From an uncultured Candidatus Saccharibacteria bacterium (GTDB taxonomy: Bacteria > Patescibacteriota > Saccharimonadia > Saccharimonadales > Saccharimonadaceae), in contig CANENS010000001.1 in the NCBI GenBank assembly GCA_947428935.1, forward strand, positions 29,965 to 93,964: 64,000 nt of DNA, read 5' to 3'. The notes below the pieces were generated by a model. It saw only the letters and a program-made list of their open reading frames with translations. It made no database searches and was not told the DNA's origin. Of this stretch, positions 59,820 through 64,000 are shown piece by piece (within the stretch, counting starts at the first letter, position 1; every line of letters begins with the position of its first letter). The position numbers were made by a program, and so were the translations under genes.

Positions 59820-61091
59820 ATGTCGAGGCGTGTGCGAGCACGACGTAAGTCCGAGAGTCAAAGAAAAATGTTGGGTGTGGGGTTGGCGGTTGTGATCTTG
59901 GCCGTTTTGATTTTAGGATTGGCTAAAAGTTCTTTTAGCTTTGGTGCGGAAGGCTGTGGGACCCGTGAAATTGATCCTGAGCGCTCAGGTTACTGTTTGA
60001 CCAACAGCCGTGATTTCGACGAGCTGGTAGTTGTGGTGGGTAATACGCAAAATTCGCCGAAGCCCGAGTTGGATTTTGGGGATGGTGAGCTGCGCGAGAT
60101 TTTGGCTGGAGTGTTTTACAATGCGGAGCGTGGTGATTCTCCTGCGATTTCAATTGTGTCGGCTGCCGGCGGTAATAATGTGGTGGAATTTACGTCGAAG
60201 TATAAGCCAGCGCAAAATATTCGATCTTCAAATGGCGCTTTGCGTAAGTTGGGGAATGATTTGTCACGGATTCTTGAAACTCCAGCGACGGCTGCCGGTG
60301 CAGATTATTTAGCAGGAATTCTGGAAGCGGCTAATTTGATCAGTACTAGCGCCAAACATCCGCTAATTTTGGTGGTCGGCTCCGGATATAGCGATAGTGG
60401 AGTACTAAACTTCGCACAAGATGATTTGTTTGAGCGCTATTGGCAGAATGAAGAAAATATCTCGGCGCTTTTGGCACGCGATCGAAGTACACAACGTTCG
60501 AGCTTGGAAGGCGTAGCAGTGTATTGGTATAATCTTGGTGATACGGTAGCGCCGCAAGTGAATATGAACAAATATAAAGATGATACTCAAGCGATTTATG
60601 AAATGGCTTTGACTGCTTTAGGTGCGAAAGAAATTAACTTACGTAATTATAGCGGGGTGAAGAGTGATGCGGCGGCGGTGGATTCGCCTTATAGTGTAAT
60701 GCCGACTTTTGTGGAGGAACTGGAGGCTGGCGATAGTTTCAATGTGAATGAGAACGTTGGTCAGTTTGAGCCGGATCGAGATATTCTAGTGAATGAGACC
60801 GAGGCCGAAAAACGCCTGCGTAACTTTGCACAGCGGTTCAATAATAATGGTGAATTGAAAATGCGCTTAACTGGCTACGTGGCTTATTGTCTAGAAAATG
60901 AAGATTTGGGATTAGCACGGGCAAATACAATTAAACGCGTGCTGACGAAATTGGGTGTTGATGAGCAAAAGATCCTTGTTGCAGGACGACGCGGCTCTCC
61001 CCCTAGATATGAAAAAGAAGAATATACTTGCGATAGTGATTTGCCGATGACGGAACGCAGAACAGTACATATCGAGATAATCGAGGAATAA
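59820..61091 (+). CDS. Single-pass protein with C-terminal OmpA-like peptidoglycan-binding domain
   Basis: One TM; LTGYVA...LGLARANTIKRVL..LGV..RRTVHIEI; promoter TTGACT-17-TAGAAT at 59750-59778. Confidence 0.7.
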   Translation: MSRRVRARRKSESQRKMLGVGLAVVILAVLILGLAKSSFSFGAEGCGTREIDPERSGYCLTNSRDFDELVVVVGNTQNSPKPELDFGDGELREILAGVFYNAERGDSPAISIVSAAGGNNVVEFTSKYKPAQNIRSSNGALRKLGNDLSRILETPATAAGADYLAGILEAANLISTSAKHPLILVVGSGYSDSGVLNFAQDDLFERYWQNEENISALLARDRSTQRSSLEGVAVYWYNLGDTVAPQVNMNKYKDDTQAIYEMALTALGAKEINLRNYSGVKSDAAAVDSPYSVMPTFVEELEAGDSFNVNENVGQFEPDRDILVNETEAEKRLRNFAQRFNNNGELKMRLTGYVAYCLENEDLGLARANTIKRVLTKLGVDEQKILVAGRRGSPPRYEKEEYTCDSDLPMTERRTVHIEIIEE

Positions 61092-61094
61092 AAA

Positions 61095-61943
61095 ATGGGT
61101 GAGAGTTTTCGGACTTATCAAAAATATTTGTTGCATGCGAAAGTATTTAATATTCTTTTTACTTTTTTGATTTCTGCTATTTTGGTGGGAACGTTTTGTT
61201 GGTATTTAGTTATATTTTGGCAAATAGAGATTAATTGGCTGGCGCCTGGGACCTGGTTTTTGATTAGCGCAATACCGCTGTTGGTTTGTGGCGTGATGGC
61301 TTTGGACCCGAGCTGTAAGATTGCTTATTATCAGACTTGGAATGATTGGCTAGCTGGCAAAAATGACCAAAGGCGAGCCATGCAGGAAGCAAAAAGTTTT
61401 TGGTCGCAAGAGGAATATGATGAGGCATTTTTGATCTCAACGAGCTATCTCAAGAATCTAGAACGACAGCGAAATTTATTATTAGGCTTGATATATCGTG
61501 AATATAGTGAGGAATTGGCGGTGCGGCATAATGCATGGTTGGAAGCAAATCGGCGGCTTGCGCAGGCCAAGATTGAACTTCGTTTTGCTGAAGCGATCAA
61601 AAAAAATAAAATGGAGTTGCACAATCAGGCGAAAACTGCCAGTGAAATTTATGCTCAGCGACAGAGCTTGTCGGAAAAGAGCGATTTATGGCAGAGCGCA
61701 GAAAAAAAGTTTTCCAATCAGGCGTCTTTGGTAGAATCTGCGGCTGCGGCCGAGCGAGAACTTTCGAAGCAGTATTGTATTGCGGTGCGTCAGATTGTTA
61801 AACTTTATGAAATAAGGCGCAGTCGCTATATTGCTACAATGACTGTAAAGATCGATCAGTTGGGGGAGGAAGACTATCGAGTGATTGATTTCGCGGATGT
61901 CGCAGAGTGGATGGAGGGCTTAACCGAGGAGATGGTAATATGA
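61095..61943 (+). CDS. 2-TM protein with long coiled-coil tail
   Basis: Two N-terminal hydrophobic helices followed by E/K/A-rich heptads. Confidence 0.75.
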   Translation: MGESFRTYQKYLLHAKVFNILFTFLISAILVGTFCWYLVIFWQIEINWLAPGTWFLISAIPLLVCGVMALDPSCKIAYYQTWNDWLAGKNDQRRAMQEAKSFWSQEEYDEAFLISTSYLKNLERQRNLLLGLIYREYSEELAVRHNAWLEANRRLAQAKIELRFAEAIKKNKMELHNQAKTASEIYAQRQSLSEKSDLWQSAEKKFSNQASLVESAAAAERELSKQYCIAVRQIVKLYEIRRSRYIATMTVKIDQLGEEDYRVIDFADVAEWMEGLTEEMVI

Positions 61944-62500
61944 AAACCAAGGAATGGATTAATCGCACATTTCGTTTTAGCCAAGAGTCATTAGCGGCTG
62001 AGGAATGCGACTGGCGCGATCTGAATGTTCTGTCGCAGGAGGCAGTAACGAAGGCAGAGCTTGATGCTTTGCAAGATGAGGTAGTTGGCGAAGTGAATGA
62101 GATGCAAACAGAGTTTCTGCAGCAAAAGATGTTGGGCGATCCGGAATTGATGGTGAAGCCGCAGAGTTTGTATTATTTTCATAAATATATCGACGCTAAA
62201 TTTAATAAAAAAAATTTTGATTTTGATCGTTATTTTTTGGGAAAGCAAAATTTAGTCGATCGAAAATATGCGGAAGGTCTGGGTGAATTGCGCAGTGAAA
62301 TTGCAACCTATCATGATTTGCTGCAACGGGCGGACGAGTTAAAAAAACGGTTACAGAAAAAGATTGATCTCTTGGATCCGGAAACCGAGGTAAAAATAGC
62401 AGATATTGTGCGGGAAAATGAGGTGAATTTTAGAGACGAGCTGCAGAAATTGCCTACACAGATTAACTGGCGGAAAATCGAGGAGGGAGTTACAACATGA
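61940..62500 (+). CDS. Soluble coiled-coil hypothetical protein
   Basis: ATGA overlap with the upstream stop; GAGGAG RBS. Confidence 0.75.
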   Translation: MKTKEWINRTFRFSQESLAAEECDWRDLNVLSQEAVTKAELDALQDEVVGEVNEMQTEFLQQKMLGDPELMVKPQSLYYFHKYIDAKFNKKNFDFDRYFLGKQNLVDRKYAEGLGELRSEIATYHDLLQRADELKKRLQKKIDLLDPETEVKIADIVRENEVNFRDELQKLPTQINWRKIEEGVTT

Positions 62501-63342
62501 AAAAAATTGATGATTTCTTAAACAAAATTCGGGACAATCGCGAACAAAAACGAGCTAAACGTCAACAAGAACAAAAGTTTAGTGAAGATAACGAAAGGTT
62601 GGTGAGCCATGGTTTACGGTTCCCTTGGTGCGCGCTGCTCTTTCTGGTCGTTGGCATGGCGAGCGAGGTGGTTGATGCAGTTTTTATGAATGCTACGCTC
62701 GAAAGTTTGAGTGCGGATTTGGATCCTTTGCAAGCGATTTTGATTTCATCGATTGTGGGAGCGGGTTGCTTTATGTCGATGGCTTTTGTCGGCTTTCAGC
62801 AAGCAAATCAAAAATACTATACCCGTTTAGGTGAAAAAATGGCCTATCTCTTTTGGATAGGGGCGGGCGCTGCCTTGGTACTTGCTAAGATTATGGCCGG
62901 TTTAGTAGGGGGCGGGTTAGCCGAAGCTATGTCGGGACATATGAAGATGGCGGAACTTTTAGCTACCGAAGAATTTATTGCTAATTTGGTGATCGCGATG
63001 GTGCAGATGGTTTTGTACGTTGGTACTGGCTTTATGGCTCGAGATAGCGTCAGAATCTTGACCGATTATAATTTGCGCGAATATTTTATGGTGCGTCGAC
63101 AGTATGAGCAAATCCTTGACGAATTAGCGATCTTGGAGGGCGAAATTGTCGAAGACTTAGCTAAGCTGGAAGCTTATCAAAAATACGCTACGAGATTAGT
63201 GCACTCTAAGCAGTCTGGTCAACAGCAAGTGCGGCAATATAATGAAGCGGCGCGCGCATTAGTTGAGGCTAGGATGGCGATGATAGCTGAGCCGGAATTG
63301 ATGGACGGTATTTATCGGGAAGCTATGGCACGCGAAAACTAG
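62497..63342 (+). CDS. Multi-TM protein with coiled-coil C-terminus
   Basis: ATGA overlap; about 4 TM helices. Confidence 0.75.
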   Translation: MKKIDDFLNKIRDNREQKRAKRQQEQKFSEDNERLVSHGLRFPWCALLFLVVGMASEVVDAVFMNATLESLSADLDPLQAILISSIVGAGCFMSMAFVGFQQANQKYYTRLGEKMAYLFWIGAGAALVLAKIMAGLVGGGLAEAMSGHMKMAELLATEEFIANLVIAMVQMVLYVGTGFMARDSVRILTDYNLREYFMVRRQYEQILDELAILEGEIVEDLAKLEAYQKYATRLVHSKQSGQQQVRQYNEAARALVEARMAMIAEPELMDGIYREAMAREN

Positions 63343-64000
63343 TTGAAGATGCTCTCGAGCAGAGTGGGACTGTTTGCTGGCATGGTAACGCCTTCGTTGG
63401 TGGCTGAGTTCGCTTCGGAGCCATTTGTTGGATCAAATTCAGGATTAATTTGTTCGGCCGTGATCAATAGACGATAGCGTGATGTTCCGAGTGGAGTACA
63501 AGTGATTAGGGTTAGAATTGGCTTGTCGATTGGGTAGATTAGTGCGTCAACGTCGGTAGGTTCAACCGTCTGTTCACCAGTCATTTGGTAGGTATATCGT
63601 ACTGACTGATAATTGATATAAATTAAGTCTCCGACTTCGAGGCGCTCGAGGCCAGAAAAAATAAATTTGTAAGGATTGCTACTATAAATATCTCCTGCTG
63701 AGTGTCCGGAAATAACTAAGTTCCCTACCTGCCCCGGCATGGCATTCGCGCCCGGGATGGAAAATTGTGCTACACCTTCATTCATAGCATTATCAACGTC
63801 GTCTAGCGGAATGTCAAAGGCAACCGGAACATCGACATTGATTTTCGGAATGATTAAGCGCGGTTCTGGTGAAACAGTTTGCGAAACATTCGGATCAACT
63901 GGAGTAATACTCTCGGCGACTTGATTCGTGTTTGGCGAGATATAAGCCATGACAGGCGCAAAAATCATACGGTTGTACTGCAGAAATAGGCCGGCGAGGA
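63339..64000 (-). CDS. Sortase family protein (5' end outside the window)
   Basis: ISGHS (His), LTLITCTP (TLxTC), RYRLLITA (Arg); frame open to the edge. Confidence 0.88.
   Translation of the reverse strand, partial: LAGLFLQYNRMIFAPVMAYISPNTNQVAESITPVDPNVSQTVSPEPRLIIPKINVDVPVAFDIPLDDVDNAMNEGVAQFSIPGANAMPGQVGNLVISGHSAGDIYSSNPYKFIFSGLERLEVGDLIYINYQSVRYTYQMTGEQTVEPTDVDALIYPIDKPILTLITCTPLGTSRYRLLITAEQINPEFDPTNGSEANSATNEGVTMPANSPTLLESIFN

Overview
Chromosomal window that most likely comes from a Saccharibacteria (TM7, CPR/Patescibacteria) genome. That is inferred from the reduced gene set, the CPR-typical VirB4-like ATPase and sigma-r4/HARE-HTH genes, the sortase, and the leaderless housekeeping genes. 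It holds a peptidoglycan operon, a broken-up dcw cluster (rsmH, ftsL, ftsI, mraY, ftsW, murG, ftsQ-like), topA, dprA, pth, prfA-prmC, htrA, lepB, der, gltX, eno, tilS, two tRNAs and several orphan genes. The standout signal is about 12 dispersed intergenic copies of a ~200-bp cassette: 7 intact, the rest truncated or decayed. Each encodes only the last ~65 residues of a C-type-lectin-fold/Fib_succ_major-like domain (RSG..G..WSS..AY.L.F....PS....R...FPLRC). A-free blocks are well conserved while AAY-type codons vary, which is the signature of diversity-generating retroelement (DGR) variable repeats. None is attached to a target gene, and no reverse transcriptase or template repeat is visible in the window. 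Several sit just behind a recurring ~108-bp divergent promoter module. Other signals: two candidate structured ncRNAs, orphan genes sharing promoter and terminator flanks, perfect promoters embedded in coding sequence, and an uncharacterised OmpA-domain membrane operon. All alignments and counts were done by eye.
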